From: Epiperipatus broadwayi
Taxonomy: Eukaryota; Animalia; Onychophora
Assembly: GCA_028023455.1 (NCBI GenBank)
Contig: JAQFVV010000001.1
Location: 31,434,001 to 31,498,000, forward strand
DNA length: 64,000 nucleotides
Direction: 5' to 3'
The notes beneath the pieces were generated by a model. That model did not search any database, had not been told where the DNA came from, and saw nothing but the letters and a program-made list of their open reading frames with translations. This document shows, in pieces, positions 11,687 to 25,917 of the stretch. Within the stretch, counting starts at the first letter, position 1. Each line of letters starts with the position of its first letter. The translations under genes and the position numbers were made by a program.

Positions 11687-13957
11687 TGTAATGGAAAAAA
11701 GCCTTAAGATTCACATATACTGACCACTAGGGCGCCACTAGCCCAAAAATCAGGACTAGATATTTATTTTAAGGGTGGACAAGATATGCGAATCAAAATG
11801 CGCCAGACTAAACTTAGGGAGAAACAATATATCTTAAATATTGTTTAGACAGTTGAGAAATCAAAGCACAAAGACAAACATCAGCCAAATTAAGTTTAAA
11901 TAAATTTTAAGCTTTTATTCAAGAGCAAAATAACTTGTAAGAAAAAGTTTACACAAAAATCAATAGGCTTATCTCAGGCGTGTACTAGAAAGATTAAACA
12001 CATTGCTCTGGTAGACTTACTGACTCTCTAATAATGAATTCTACAGGGAGGAAGCAATTTTATTCAGCATAAGATACACCAAAACATTGGTTTTCACTTT
12101 CAGATACTTAGACAATACATTCCCAAAACAAATCAATGAAACCAGCACCAGTGAGCTTTCTGAGGTCCGCAAAATGTGATGGCCCCCGAATGTCATCTGT
12201 CAGTAGTAGCTGAACCTATTATTACATTTAAAATAAAGGTGATTGACTTGCCTCAAGAACAACCACAAAATATGATTGAAAATGAAAAGAAAACAAACAA
12301 TTAAGACTGGAGAATCCCCAACTAAACGATTGGAGAAACTAATCTAAGAATTAAAGACCTCAAAAGGAGACAAGTAAATCATTAGAAAATCAGTTACAAC
12401 TGCCCCAGCATTTAAAGAAAATGAATTACCAATAATTATAATTAAAAAATAAATTTAAGACACAAGTTGTGAGTACATGCTTTGATAAAGTTTCAGCTAT
12501 ACAAGTAAATACAAAATAAATCTATTGGAGAGTGCACATGAGTACAAAACTATGAAAGCTATAAATGCTTTAGCAGCGAAAGTTTCTCTCACATGTAATT
12601 TACAAAACAGATAAATATTGTATTCTTGCTGGCAATTTATAAAATTACAAAGCAAAAACAATTATAGTTTCCACTTTCAGAGAGAAAAGAAATGAAGACT
12701 ATGAAAACAAAGTCACCAGCCAAAAGATTTGGTGATTTGCAAAAGTGCAAACACAGTATTTAAAATTAATTTTGGCTACTAAAATAATTACAGGTAAGCT
12801 TTCAAAATAAACATGACTGCTAAAACATTTAGTAAAAGAAGGCATAAAATAGAAAAACTCACACGTCACTCTCCAATAAACAACACTTAAAGCAAACTTG
12901 GAATCTTAAACTAAGATTCCAAGACACATGGCAAAGTACAACAAAAGAGAATAAATATGGCTAATCAATATGAAGTTAAATATTAATTTAGATTACAGGT
13001 TTATTAGATTGAGTGGAGATTTAATGAAAAGAAATTTACCCTGGAAAGAATAAAAGAAAATTTCATCTTACAATAAAGCACAGTTCGCATAGAGTGCGCA
13101 TGTTTATCTTTAGTCCATTTTCAGGCCCTTTGACAGTGGCAAGGTTTATTTTAGAGGCTCATGGCATGACTGAAGAAGAGCTGGTAGGTGTGGGTCCATT
13201 CTTTGTTTAAATTAGCAAGACATTCTAATTATGGAGCCATGACTGAAGAAGAGCTGGGAGGCTTGGGTCAATTCTTTGTTTAAATTAGCAAGACATTCTC
13301 ATTATGGCAAAACTCATAGCGGTAAATTTTGCCATCTTACACAGTAACGAAGTTTGTCAATAATGGTTTAAGTTTTTAGCAGGAATTAAATGTCCGAACT
13401 GCTATCCAAAGTGGTGTGACTCTCAGTCAGCAATAATCCAAGAGTCTTTTTCTATACTCAATCCTCTCTATCTAAAAATTGGCAGGCTATCTTTGCCTCG
13501 CTACATTTCCTGTGAAAAACTTTCATTAGTCTCTCATTCTATATCTCAGGCAGGGAAATATTAATTTCCCACTCAATCTAATTTAAGAATTCCATCCAGG
13601 GATTATTGAAACAAAAACAACAACACAATTAAACCTCTGCTTTTTTTAGAATTAACTTTAAAAATGATTAAAATAAAAACAACAGGAATACATAATTAGC
13701 AAGCTTGCCTGTTTTTAATCAAATTGATTAAAACAGGCGGAGAAAGTAAACCATTTTAAAATCAATTTTATAAACAAAGTAGTGAAAGTAAACTGTTTTA
13801 AAATCAATTTTATAAACATGAAAATGATCAAAATAAATGTAAGTGCATATGTGTTTTAAATAATAATAAAAAAATTTAACATTAGATAAGATTTAACAAA
13901 CCTTAAGTCTTTAATTTTGGCAGTAAAATCCTTGAAACAGAGATCAATCCGGTTCAA
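11687..13957 (-). repeat. 5' LTR of the gypsy element
   Basis: Direct repeat of 4870-7097, with an extra internal ~70-bp duplication at ~13160-13310. Ends ...ccattaca on the minus strand. Confidence 0.9.
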
Positions 13958-14149
13958 TATATATATATATGCAGATAAGTATACAACTTTCCATTTAAAA
14001 AACAACTTACTGATAAGTTTGAAAAATAAATCATTTTAGTTAATTTGTTCATTCTTTTTTTTATTTTTTATCAGAAGCTCTACTATAGTATAGCAGATAC
14101 ATTCATGCAAAAAAGGCAGAGACATACAAAATACTCTCCATATTGCCTA

Positions 14150-16100
14150 AGGAAAAAAAACCTACTTAAGACTTCTCAAGTTATCATGGGTGCTGACTTT
14201 AATTGCTAGTATAATAAGCTACCATCCACTTTGAAACTAAAACTCAATCAACTGGCCTTGCTATTACTACTTTGACTTTACCCTCTGAATGCTGTCATTC
14301 ATCGGAGGTCAGGGATATTCTCTCATTGACTTCTTTTTTATTTCTCCTACTGACCTCAAGACTTCAATTTATTTGCATAGAATGTCATTTTCTGATCATG
14401 CTTGTTTAACTCTCATACAAAGCACTCTTTAAATAAGGCAAAATTATATAAATTTATATTCAGACATCAATTTCCCAGTTAATTTAAATTAACTATCAAT
14501 GTTGTCTTTAATTTTATAATTTCAAGTAATTACTTTTATCATCTGCAGAACCTCATTTCAATTGAAATATAAATACTACTAAAAAATTATTAAATAATTG
14601 TTGTTCTGATCAATTAACAGATTATTATTCAAATAAATCTTATAAGACAACATATTGAAGACATCAATTGAACTCTTTAAGCTATTACATAATTTAATGA
14701 TGCAAAACTTCTTATCCATAAATTACATAATGAAGTTAATTAGCTAAGTGTTTTTTATCACCAAATTGCTCCAATATGTAGGCTAAGAAAAGTAACCCCT
14801 AATCTTTCAAGGTTAATAAAAACTACTGTAAATCTTGCAAAATTAACTCCTATTACATCATTGGTATTCCTATTTTGTTGAAAAAATGTGTAATCATGTT
14901 AGTCACCAATGTGAATATCAACTACTCTAAAAAGAATTGATTATTGTTTACACTTTATTAATCATAAATATAAGTATCTAAATTATATCATTACTCTTAC
15001 ACTATATAAGCATTTTAATCAATTTTATTCATGTGAATGTTATATATTCAAACTTTCTCTAATGTAAATCAAATACTTTATATTCCTCAGTGAACAACCT
15101 GCATCTCAATTTACTGGAAGATATTGATAAAAAAATATTTGTAAGAATTATTCTTAAACAATTAAATGATCTTATTTTTTCTAGGCTTTCCACATGACAT
15201 TATACAGTTAAAATGGGCTGTGCATCTGAAGCTATTAGGAAATAAATTAACAAATTATGTCAAGCCATGATGATTTTAAGGCAGCTTTTGATCTGGTAAC
15301 TGAGAATACTTGTTTATCACATTAAGTAAACTTTTTCCATATCATACACATCAAATTACTGCTATAAAAATTATCTGCCTAGCTTAAAAATTACATGTGC
15401 CTCTCTTCATCTTTTAAACCAAGCTGATATATTCCATAGGGCTGACTGCTTCCATTGCTATTATTGAAATATATAGAGATCCTAATCCAAGAAATTGAGT
15501 AGTGCCCAGAAGAGTTCTTTCTTCATCAGCTCAGAGGCCTTCAGAACATTCCTCTCATTCTTCATATTCTAAACAAATTTCCAAACACTAAACAGAATCT
15601 ACAACTATTTAAGTCATTAATGTGGAAGTAAGCTGCAGATAGCAATCTATCTTCATTCTTTACAGGTATTTTCTCACTCTTTTTGGGAATTCCAATCAAC
15701 TTATTTAAATTGCAGTTAGGTCATCATTTAAATTATCTGATCATCCAATTTCAATACAAAAAATAAAAGCTTTCTGCCTAATACTGTTTAAGCTAATAAT
15801 AAAAGTTTGTATTGCTAATGCTATTCTGGGTGGTATACTTCCTTATTATAGTTCATGGATACATCTTTTCAAGACCACTGTTAGAAATTTCATATCTATA
15901 ATAAAACTATAACTGAAAATCAATATCATATCTATCAATTACAACTGCTTATTTTCCTATTTGTAAAAGTGGTTTTCATCTAATATGTCATCAGTCATTT
16001 ATCTTTATTGCAATCTTAATTTGTTGAATGCTTAAAGGCAATCCTTCAACTATAATATTTCTTACTTCTATTTCATATGCAAAGCATTCATTTTTCACTG
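14150..16100 (+). mobile_element. Highly degenerate non-LTR retrotransposon (clade unresolved)
   Basis: MGADF (GDFN-like, ~14187), DFKAAFDLV (15272-15298), VPQG-like at ~15500 and ADS (YADD-like) at ~15635, in the expected order. Confidence 0.5.
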
Positions 16101-17579
16101 ATCATGCTTCAGGCATGCATATATGTTGGATAATTATAATATTAAAACTTTAATTAGTGTCTCATTTAAAGATTTGAAAAAATATATACATGAGTAGCAT
16201 ATAATATATGGGGGAGATGGCATCATCTCCAGGCATATCATAATCACATCAATTAACTTTATTAATGAAATAGTCATAAACAAATATAAATGTAGCATGA
16301 TAAAATCAGAATAGAATAAATAAGTGGTTAAAACAATTATGGGTTACATAACCAACATATATAAGTTACATCACCAAGATAAAGCAAGAATAATCAACAG
16401 TCATCACTTGTGACTGGATATAAAAAAGATTCAACATTGAAAGCTACACTATTTATCTAGACAATGCTGAATCTAGGACATAAAAAACAATCATTAACTC
16501 TCCTGTATTCTGATAGTATTCTTTGTTCTCATTTTATAAGCTTTCAACATTCATTTTAATATTAAACCATTATTATTTATTAGAATATAATAAATAGGAC
16601 CTCATTTGATAGATATTTTTGTTTAGAAATTAAATAAATTTTAAAAAAATCACATTTGATTTTCAGAATTATTTTAATTTTTAATGAAACCAAGGAACTG
16701 TTTTGTCAATTAACTGTCACAAAAAAACAGAGTAAATTTGTAAAATGAATGACATCTTTGTTTGATACTTGTATTTAAAATGTAAATGAATAATTATTAA
16801 TATCTAGTAAATCTGTTTGACAAGTTTAAATTTATTTTTTATGATATTATTTTATTTTCTAACAAACTGTTAGTGACTATGTTTTCTAGATGGGTCATAT
16901 TTCCTGCAATCATAATTTTCTTGATAACAGCAGAAAATAAATAAATATGTAATAATATATATTTTTTATTTCTACTAATTATAAGATAATTACTATACTA
17001 AAATATTCATATACTTTCCCAAAAAATCAAGTTTCAGGTCATTTGTAATACTTTGTAAAATACTGCAAAGTTCTAGAGTTATAAGAATACAATGAACACC
17101 CACCTCTGTAGAGTTTTGCAAGCTTTAAAATTTCTGCATTTTAAATATTTTAACATTTATAGAATTTTTTTGAAACTAAAATATTAGAAAAAAAAACATG
17201 AACTTTAAAACTGAAAAAAGAAAGTTAGCAAAATCTCTCAATAGAGGGCCATGTATGCAAATTAAATTTTTAGATTTCTCAGACATCAGACCCACATCTG
17301 AATGAATGGATTGCTTATATTTTCATATATACACACATATAGCCATTCTAAAATATATATATCATAATAAATGCTAGGATTCTGATACATGCTTAATCAT
17401 CATCAATAATATAGTCACATAGTATTATAAGACTATTGGTTAATTATTAAGTAATTTTCAATCTGTATAAATAAATTGTAGTAAAGGGACTTTAAAGATA
17501 ATCTTGACCATTGCACATTCAGATAATCACTGGATGTCTAAAACCAAACATATATCAGAATAAATATATAAATTAACCA

Positions 17580-19700
17580 TTATTCCTCTAGAGCTAGATC
17601 ACAATCACAAGGTTGCTAGGGACTGTGAACAAAAAAATATAAATGTATATGTTTAATCTACTTTAATTTAATTAATTTTACTTGTACAAATTCCAAATTC
17701 CTTAACTCAACATGCTATGATAAAATCACACACACTGCCAACTGTTTGATTCATGTAAACATGAGGAGATTTGATGTCACTCTAAATTGGTCACCTTTTG
17801 TACTATGTTTGAGAATTTGCACTCATTGTAAACAAGGAAAAAAGTTCTGTAAGATGCTGCCCTCTCTTGAATTATTTTACAAGTAAAAAATCAATAAAAA
17901 TGACCAAATATGTCAAACAAAACCAAAGCACTGCCTTCTCTTTTATCTTATTGGCTGTTTAAATTTTGACAACAAAGAAAATGGCTGCCAAAAAAAGAGT
18001 TATGATCATTTTTTGTTTTATTTCAAAAATGATAAACAAATGTTTTAGATCATTTTAACAGTATTTTTGACTAATTATAAATTATTTTAATAAAATAGTG
18101 CTAAAAAAAATTATTTAAAAAAAATAGTTAAGATTTTAGCAAGAATTATTTATTTATTGCAAAGTGGGAAAAAATCATGATGCTGGCAAATCTTTTTGTT
18201 TGGCAATTGATGTTCCTTTTAATTTCAGCCGCTATTGAATATTTTTTAAATTATAAATCAAAATTTATTTTTGAAAAACTTTCTTTCACTTTCATAATCT
18301 GACAAATTATTAATATACTTTTTACAAATGAAACTAAAGTGAAAATAATATTAAAAGGTGAATATATTTTGACAATTGACTTTGTCTTCAGTTTGTGAAT
18401 TGGCCAATTAAATGTTTCGATTTTTACTTCACACAGCCAATAATATAATTCACAGTTAAAAGATTAACAAAACAGATAGTTGGAGAAATAAAAATGTTAA
18501 CCTTTTTAAAAAAAGATGTGGTTCAACTCAAACACAGATTTAACTCACTCTAAATCTGGCAGTTGTAACATTATCATAGCATATTTAGGCTCATTTTAAA
18601 ACGTACAAAGTACTGTAAGTTGCTGCCCTCTCTAGAATTATTCTACAAATAAAAAATCAATAATATTAACCCAAGAAGCTACAACAATGACATAAGGCAG
18701 GATTTCTTAGATGCTGATTGGTTGGTTCTCAATCCAAATAAAAGAAGAGCACCTGGCAACAATTTTCACCATACCAAGCTCTTTATTTCATTTTCAAACA
18801 AAAATGAATGTTTTAGAGTATTTTGTTTACATATTATAATGTATTTTGCTAAAATATGCTAAAAATAATTATTTTAGAAGAATAGTAAGATTTTAGTAAA
18901 AAATCCTTTACTTGCACAGAAACATAAATTGAGAAAGAAATCAATGATATCTGCAGCACTTTCTAATTTGCTACAAACTTTCTTCTTAGGTCTTTCACTA
19001 TCAAATATTTTTTTTAATTATAACTAGAAATTTATTTTTGAAAAAACTTTTGTTTACTTTCATAATCTGACAAATTATTAACATACATTTTACAAATGAA
19101 ACTAAAATGAATATAATATTAAAATATGAATATATTTGTACTAATGATTCTGTAATTTACCAGTTAATAGTTTAGAGTTTTAACTCACTTGACCAACTGG
19201 AGTTTATGCAATAAAAAGGTTAACACACAAAAAAGTAACACCAGAAACTGACTTTTTTAATGATTGTTTAATAAATTTAACCAATAAATAATAAATAAAA
19301 AATTTAAAATATATAATAGAATGACAATTCCAAATCCACTATATTTCTATATAAAAATATAATTTCATAAAACATATACATCCACAAGGAAGCTAGGGAC
19401 TGTGACTGTAAGCAAGAAAAATATATATGTTTAATCTACTTTAATTTAAATCATTTTACTGGTACAAGTGACTAATTCCTTAACTCAGCATGTTATGACA
19501 AAATTACACACACTGCCAATTCATAGAATAGATAGTTGGAGAAGTAAAGACATTAACACACAAAAAAGTAACTTTAAAAACTATGATTTTTAAGTGATTT
19601 TTAAATAAATTTAAACAATAAATAAGAAATAAAATTAAAAATATATGACATGACAATTCCAAATCCATTATATTTCTATATAAAAATATAATTTCATAAA
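17580..19700. repeat. Mosaic of old local duplications (periods ~770 and ~355 bp, plus 17.6k/19.4k pair)
   Basis: gtaag(a/t)tgctgccctctct at ~17850 and ~18615; tcataatctgacaaattatt at ~18292 and ~19060; atgacaattccaaatcca at ~19320 and ~19650; gctagggactgtga at ~17615 and ~19392. Confidence 0.8.
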
Positions 19701-20984
19701 ACAAGTAATGTTATTTTCTGTTGTTATTTCTTAATTGACATTCACTTTAACTCAGTTATTGTCTTATTACAATGATTAAATCTAAAAACATTTCATAATA
19801 AAAGATAAAAAAATTAAGATTAACTAAAACTTTCTTCTCTTTTCTTTTAACAATGTAATCCCAAAACACATTTTACAATTAAAAAAAATTAAGATTAGCT
19901 AAGACCATATTTTATTTTTTCTATAAAAATGAGAAGGTCCTATACATTTTTATATTTTTGAAAAGTAAAATAAAATAAAAAAACATGTTTCAACAAAAAA
20001 ATCAAAATATTTCTTTATTAATTATGTTAAAAATTATTTGTACATGTAGATGTGCAAATAGAATATCTTATTACCATAATTTTTCTCATCTTAACTTCTT
20101 TGCATAGTTTCAGTTACTTTTAGATGATATTTTCTTCCTTGTAATTTTTAGGGCAGATTGACCCAAATTACATTTACTTATTCAAGTTTTCAATGTAATA
20201 ATTTTCATACTATTATAGATGTCAATTTTAACAATTCAATCAGAAATCAATTTATTAATCAGTTTTGGGGTTTTGTTTTTCTGTAGATTTCATTTTACAA
20301 TAAAATAATTTTTAGATGAACAGAAGATTTCCTGATTAGGTTAGCATGTGATAAATTTATTTATTTTACAATATACTAATTTGCAGATGAACACAGATTA
20401 CCAGATCAGCTTAGCATAGGCTGAGACAGTCATGATTTTGAATGAAAAATACAAGGCTTATTGCAAATTTATCTCATTTGTATTTTTGTTTTTAATTTTA
20501 TTTTAGTGAAACACGTAGCATTTTGGTTTGGTGATGCCTTTGCTAGAGCTTGGACATGATTCTCTTCATAACTATTTTAAAAATTATTTTTCTTCAGACA
20601 AGTAGTGAGCTTAGTACTTTCGACTACAAGTAAGAGCAGAGCTGTTAGTTCTATTCTATTTCCAACAGCTGGATCAATATTAATTATTTTTGACAAGACA
20701 CTGAACCTTAACCTATCCCATATTTTAGTTTTTAACATCCCCTTTATGTATCCAATCATGCACTATCTCAGATATTACTGCAGTGACCAATTGACTTTAT
20801 TTTTACAAAGATTATTTCTCTATATTTTTTTAATTATTTAAAAAATTTCAAAGATATCGCAATAATATTGAAAAATTCTTCTGTAGTTATTTCTTTCTTT
20901 TCTTTTTAATTACCAGAAACAGGATAAGTTTAAATATACTATAATTTAAAAAATGTCGCATTATATATATATAGAGAGATTTTA

Positions 20985-21180
20985 TTTTTTTTTTTTTAGG
21001 GTTTTTGGGGGTGGTGTTTTTTTTTATTTTTTTTTTTTTCCTTTTTCTTTATTTTATGTGTGTTGTTTGTTTTTTTTTTTAATAAAATAGTAAAAACCTT
21101 TTTTTTTTGGTTTTAATAAAAAAAAATAATTTGGTATAGTTTTTTAAAAAAAAAAATTTTTTTAAAAAAAACCACCACCC
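20985..21180. repeat. Low-complexity poly-T/poly-A tract, possibly low-quality sequence
   Basis: Long homopolymer runs with no structure. Confidence 0.7.
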
Positions 21181-23649
21181 AAATTAGTAGATGGAAAAAG
21201 TCCAATATAAAAATACAGAGATATATATTATTTGATAAAAAATTCTAAATATATATTAGTACATTTTTTCTCTGTTTGGAATTTAAATAGGGAATGCAAC
21301 TCTTTTAATAATTCAATAATTGTAATATTCAACTTTATTTATTTGCACAAAGATTGTATGTAGTTTTCAAAATAAAAGGGATTTACACTCTAAGCATATA
21401 TTGTACAATGTTCAGAAAAAATAATTCTTCTCAATATCCTATATCTACAGTTTAAACTTCTAATTATATGTTCCCCAATCATGGTTGAAGTTTTTCTTTG
21501 AATTATTACTTGGATATTATTTGGTATCATTTCTACCAAAAGCGTCCTCATTAAGTGATTTAAATTAAATCTGGATCCCACATGTGACTTGAGTAATAAT
21601 AATCCAGAATATATGATATGCATTTTCAAACCTTTCCATATTTCTTATCCTTTCCAAAATTTATATTTCACAAATATATAATTAATCTTAAATAATTGCT
21701 TGAAATTTTTTTTAAAATCTTTCATTCTTAAAATGCCACAGTAATTATTCATATTTTCAGAAACAGGTGGCTTGCTCACTGTTCTGTAATTTTGACAACA
21801 AAAAGTACGAAGTTCTTTAATAAAAATAATACAAAGTGGTTATAATACTTATTTATATGTTCTAAATATTTATCTGGAAGTACTATGAGCAAAATTTAAT
21901 AATATATATTTCTTATTTGTATATTACTTTAGAATGATATCAAACATATAAATTATACACTCACATACACAAATCTGAATCATTTTTCTTTCACCATCAA
22001 AAAATTATAATGATTATGTCCTCATAAGTTATGTATCATACGTCGTGTTAATTTTTTTTTTCTCCTGTATATATGTTAATACCTGTATAAAATTTGCTAT
22101 TAATAAATTTATTTTATATATAAAAATACAATAAAACAATAAAAATATGTAATGATATGGTTACATTAAAATTTTGCATCCAATAGGAAATAATGTAATA
22201 GGTTTTATGTTTTTATATATGTAGGAAGCTAGCTAATTATAATAAAAGCAATAAAAATAAGTATAATGATGATTTATTAATTTTAAGTTGTAAATTATTT
22301 AATCTGTAATTCCAATTATTATCAGTTTTTTATTTTACAGATTATCTTATTAATAACTAATTTGAATATATTTAATTATTTGTTCTAGAAAAACTGCATT
22401 CATTATATACTATAATCAATAAAGTGTTAAATTTGAACTGATAATCTTATCCAATTTAAATTTATTAATAATAAGCTGTAATTTAACAAAGAAAAAGAAG
22501 ATGAATTAAAACGATTTTTTTAATTTCTGTAACATAACTGCTTTATCGTAAACAATATTAAATTCAGTTTCATAATTCAAAACTAACAATTAAAAAATGT
22601 TCATATTTTTCGCAAGTTAATTTATATATATCTGGCAGTTCACAATTTAGACCCTCATCTAAGACAAAAATTAAAATAAACTTATCACTAAGACAACAGC
22701 TTTGAAATTTAAATGCTACATTTAAAAAACATCATTGTTATATACTTTTAATAATAAACTTCAAATCAAGTTATGTTTTGCAGTATGTTTTAAAACAAAT
22801 TAACAAAAGCTGGGTTGTTTCAACGCATAAGGAAGTAATTTTGTTATTTATAAAAGTTAAACAAATTCAAGATAAAAATAGCAAAACTAAACGTTTCAAG
22901 TGAAAATCTTTACAGTTAATTTGACATACATCGTATACGTTTATTTTTTTAACATTCCTTTTTTTTTACTTCTTAATTATTTTCTCTCCTGCTCTCTTTT
23001 TATTAAAGAATGAGTGATAATAATAATTATATATGTAACTGTGAAGGGATTATAAAGACTATAATTAAAGTTGAAAAGATTATTATTATTACTGACATGT
23101 GTTATGACAGTAATCATTGGAGCAATGCGAACTGGATTAAAAAGAAAACCTTCAAAATGATAGAAAATATTTTTAAAAAATTGCATCAAATAAAAGAAAA
23201 TTATAATAAATCTGTTCTTCTGCCTAATCTTTAAAAAGACAGAACATCTCTATTTTGTCCTAAACTATTGTTATTTATCTATATATTTTTTGTCTTTTCG
23301 CTTGTATCTTGTTTCTGGAAAGTTGTTCAAGTTATCACTTTCTCTCATCACATCTCTGGCTCATTACCAATTTTGTTTTTTAGCTTTAAATTCTTCTATT
23401 TATTTTTTATATTATAGTTCTTAGATTTTCACTTCATCTAATTTTGACAGTTTCATTATATTTATTATTATTAATTCGCCAGACTGTTCTAAACTTAAAT
23501 TATCTTAAAAAAAACATTTTGACTACTGTATTTTAAAAAAAGTAATATAAAACAAATAGGGAGGGAAAATACATTATTGTTTTAAAATTTAGTATATAAT
23601 AATGATTATGTTTTGAATTCAATCAAGAATTTGAGAAATAATAAATATT

Positions 23650-23990
23650 TAACATATTATAATAAATGAAATTAAAGTAAATAATTGAATAGTTTACTGC
23701 ACAGAAGTTCATAAGAAGTCTAAGCACGGAAGTGACAAAGTAGAGACACAATTCATAGAACTTGAGTTTCAGGCCACCACTTCTGCCACCGCATGGATCT
23801 ACAGTAAAGGAAATCAGACAAAACAATTGGAATAAAAAAGAATATGTATGGAAGATGTCTCAGAAAAGATTATTAAAATAAATATTAAATGTGGATATCA
23901 GGAAAGAGAAAAAGACTGTCTAAAAAATTTTGGAAAAAAAAACGTATAGATGGATAAATTTAAGAAAGAAATCTTCTTGAAAAGTATACA
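23650..23990 (+). mobile_element. Possible RTE-like LINE 3' fragment
   Basis: Plus-strand translation with shifts (DKV..NQTKQLE*KR..WKMSQKRLLK*ILN..RKEK) resembles the RTE C-terminal region. Confidence 0.35.
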
Positions 23991-23999
23991 GACTTATGT

Positions 24000-24960
24000 T
24001 TCTCTCATGAAATCAGTGGCATTGGATACGTCCTTTTCACATCCATACTTTCACCATTTGGGTCAGCCTCAATCGTGTGGCTTCTTGAACTCTGTTTGGG
24101 TTGAGGGATCTTGAATATCTCCAGACAGGGTTCTTTCTCCTGCCATTATCAAAGGTTCTTCTGTCCTGACTTCCTGGACATCTTATTGGCAGACATCATG
24201 ACTTTTAATGTTTGATCCCATACTACTATGTTGTGGAGCTGCCTTGGTATTGTTGCTGGTTGTTGTTGCCATTTGAACCTGATGGATTTATTCCATATGG
24301 TGCATATCTTCTTGGCATAATGACACAGTCATGTTGTGTCAAGAAGTCAGATCCCAACATCATTTCATATGTTAACCCTGACATTATTAAAAAATGTAGC
24401 CAATTGGCCTACTATTGAAATGGGTCTCTAACCATATTTGATAATTCTCACTCATTATCATTTTCTCCCATTCGACAGAATCAAGTGAATAGGGTGCATT
24501 GGAAGTTGCCTAACATTTTTTCCATGTTCTTTGAACATTTGAATCCATGACTTCAAAATGATTAATAACTGGCTCCCACAGTCCAGTAGTGCTATATGGT
24601 CTGGCTTCCAACATTTACTTTGAGTATCAGTAACAAGCTGAGTGTTCCTTTTTCCACTGGGTCTTCTCTTTCATGGATGATCATGGTCATAGGACTTATG
24701 CAGCAAGTTGACTGATTTTTCTTGTGGTCGAGGGTTCTCAGATGTTTTACTGTTAGGACATCTCTTGACAACTCTTTGATCTTGGTTCCCCTTTTGTTGA
24801 GGATTTTCCCAGTCATCTCCCATTTGAATCATCTGGATTTTTGGCTCATCAAGTATTCGATTCCTTTCCAGTGGTTCCAGGGTCAGGTGCCCATAATCAA
24901 CAGATGTCAGTAATCAGGCCATCCCTCGATGTCAATGATCCAGATAATGCTCTGCAACTA
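24000..24960 (-). mobile_element. Second gypsy remnant (gag end, protease, start of RT)
   Basis: IALLDCGSQ at 24595-24569; FLIMSGLTYEMMLGSDFLTQHDCV (~24390-24320), paralleling FLIMPGLIQDLVGTDFLHQHKCV of the first element; RTYPMPL at ~24020. Confidence 0.75.
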
Positions 24961-25875
24961 GGCTGGCATATTAAATCTGATGATCTGGATAATATGGTTA
25001 TCCAAATATAAAAATGCTATTAGTGATTGCAATCTAGCCACCTGGTGCAAAAAACTTCCTGTGGGTTTTCTTGTGATTTATTTTATATTTTTCCATGGTC
25101 AGCATGTGCAGAATATCCTCTCACTGGTATATGTATATTTAAATTTAACATTTGTATTTAATCTTAATGTTTTATTATGTTTAGTAGTTAAATACTGTGT
25201 AAAGTAATAATGACTATGGGTAATTTCCTAAATCAATTGAGATTATCTAAACAGAAGCCAAACTCTCCATACATGCACCCAGTGCAACCCAGAATAATCA
25301 ATGGATGCAAGAAAGTTAATGCATAAAATCCCCATCTTGGAATACTCATAAATATCCTCAGACAAGGTTGTAACTTGTGGTTTTTTTTAGTGAGGAGCCT
25401 TGTATCTGAGACACTGCACCTAGATCTTAGGATCTAATACAACCCACCAGCAGCCACCTTTTACCAAATTAGCTAACTATGAAATTGTGAATCCAAAATA
25501 AAAACACATGAGTGTTTTCAATTCAAGATCTTTAGTTTGTATAGTTGAATGAATCTGGATTCAATTTAGCATCTATACTTTTGCTGTCTTTGATTCTTTA
25601 ATAATCACAGTCACCATAAACTTATTGAGCAGAATTTGTAGTAAACCACTAAACATCACATAATCATCATTTCTTATGCTTACACAAGATGTTTTACACA
25701 GAGGACAAACATTCCATACAGTAGTGCCACCATTGCAAGGCAGAGTAATAAATGGAGGCTAGAATATAAGTGCATAAAATACCCATCTAGTGCCCTCTCA
25801 TTCAACATCCCCAGACTAGTGTCTAGCTTGTGGCTTTCTTTAGTGTAGAACCTTGGATTTTAGGATCTAATGCAA

Positions 25876-25917
25876 CCATCACTGAAGAAAGCCACAAGCT
25901 AGAAACTGGTCTGGGGA
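25876..25917 (+). ncRNA. Type I hammerhead ribozyme (only intact core in the 25-kb array)
   Basis: CTGAAGA aagc cacaa gcta GAAA CTGGTC tgggga, with predicted cleavage after 25911. Its helix I 5' strand is partly replaced by the inversion junction; other copies show tcctca pairing with tgggga. Confidence 0.7.

Larger units (their letters stand above)
4870..13957 (-). mobile_element. Ty3/gypsy LTR retrotransposon, near full length, inactivated
   Basis: Two ~2.2-kb direct repeats flank a 4.6-kb interior with gag-PR-RT-RNaseH-IN order on the minus strand. PBS and PPT are present, and both outer flanks are (TA)n. Confidence 0.95.

Noticed and set aside
23705-23803. 99-nt symmetric exon candidate (VHKKSKHGSDKVETQFIELEFQATTSATAWIY)
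   Set aside because: It continues into sequence resembling an RTE LINE C-terminus, so it is more likely a TE relic.
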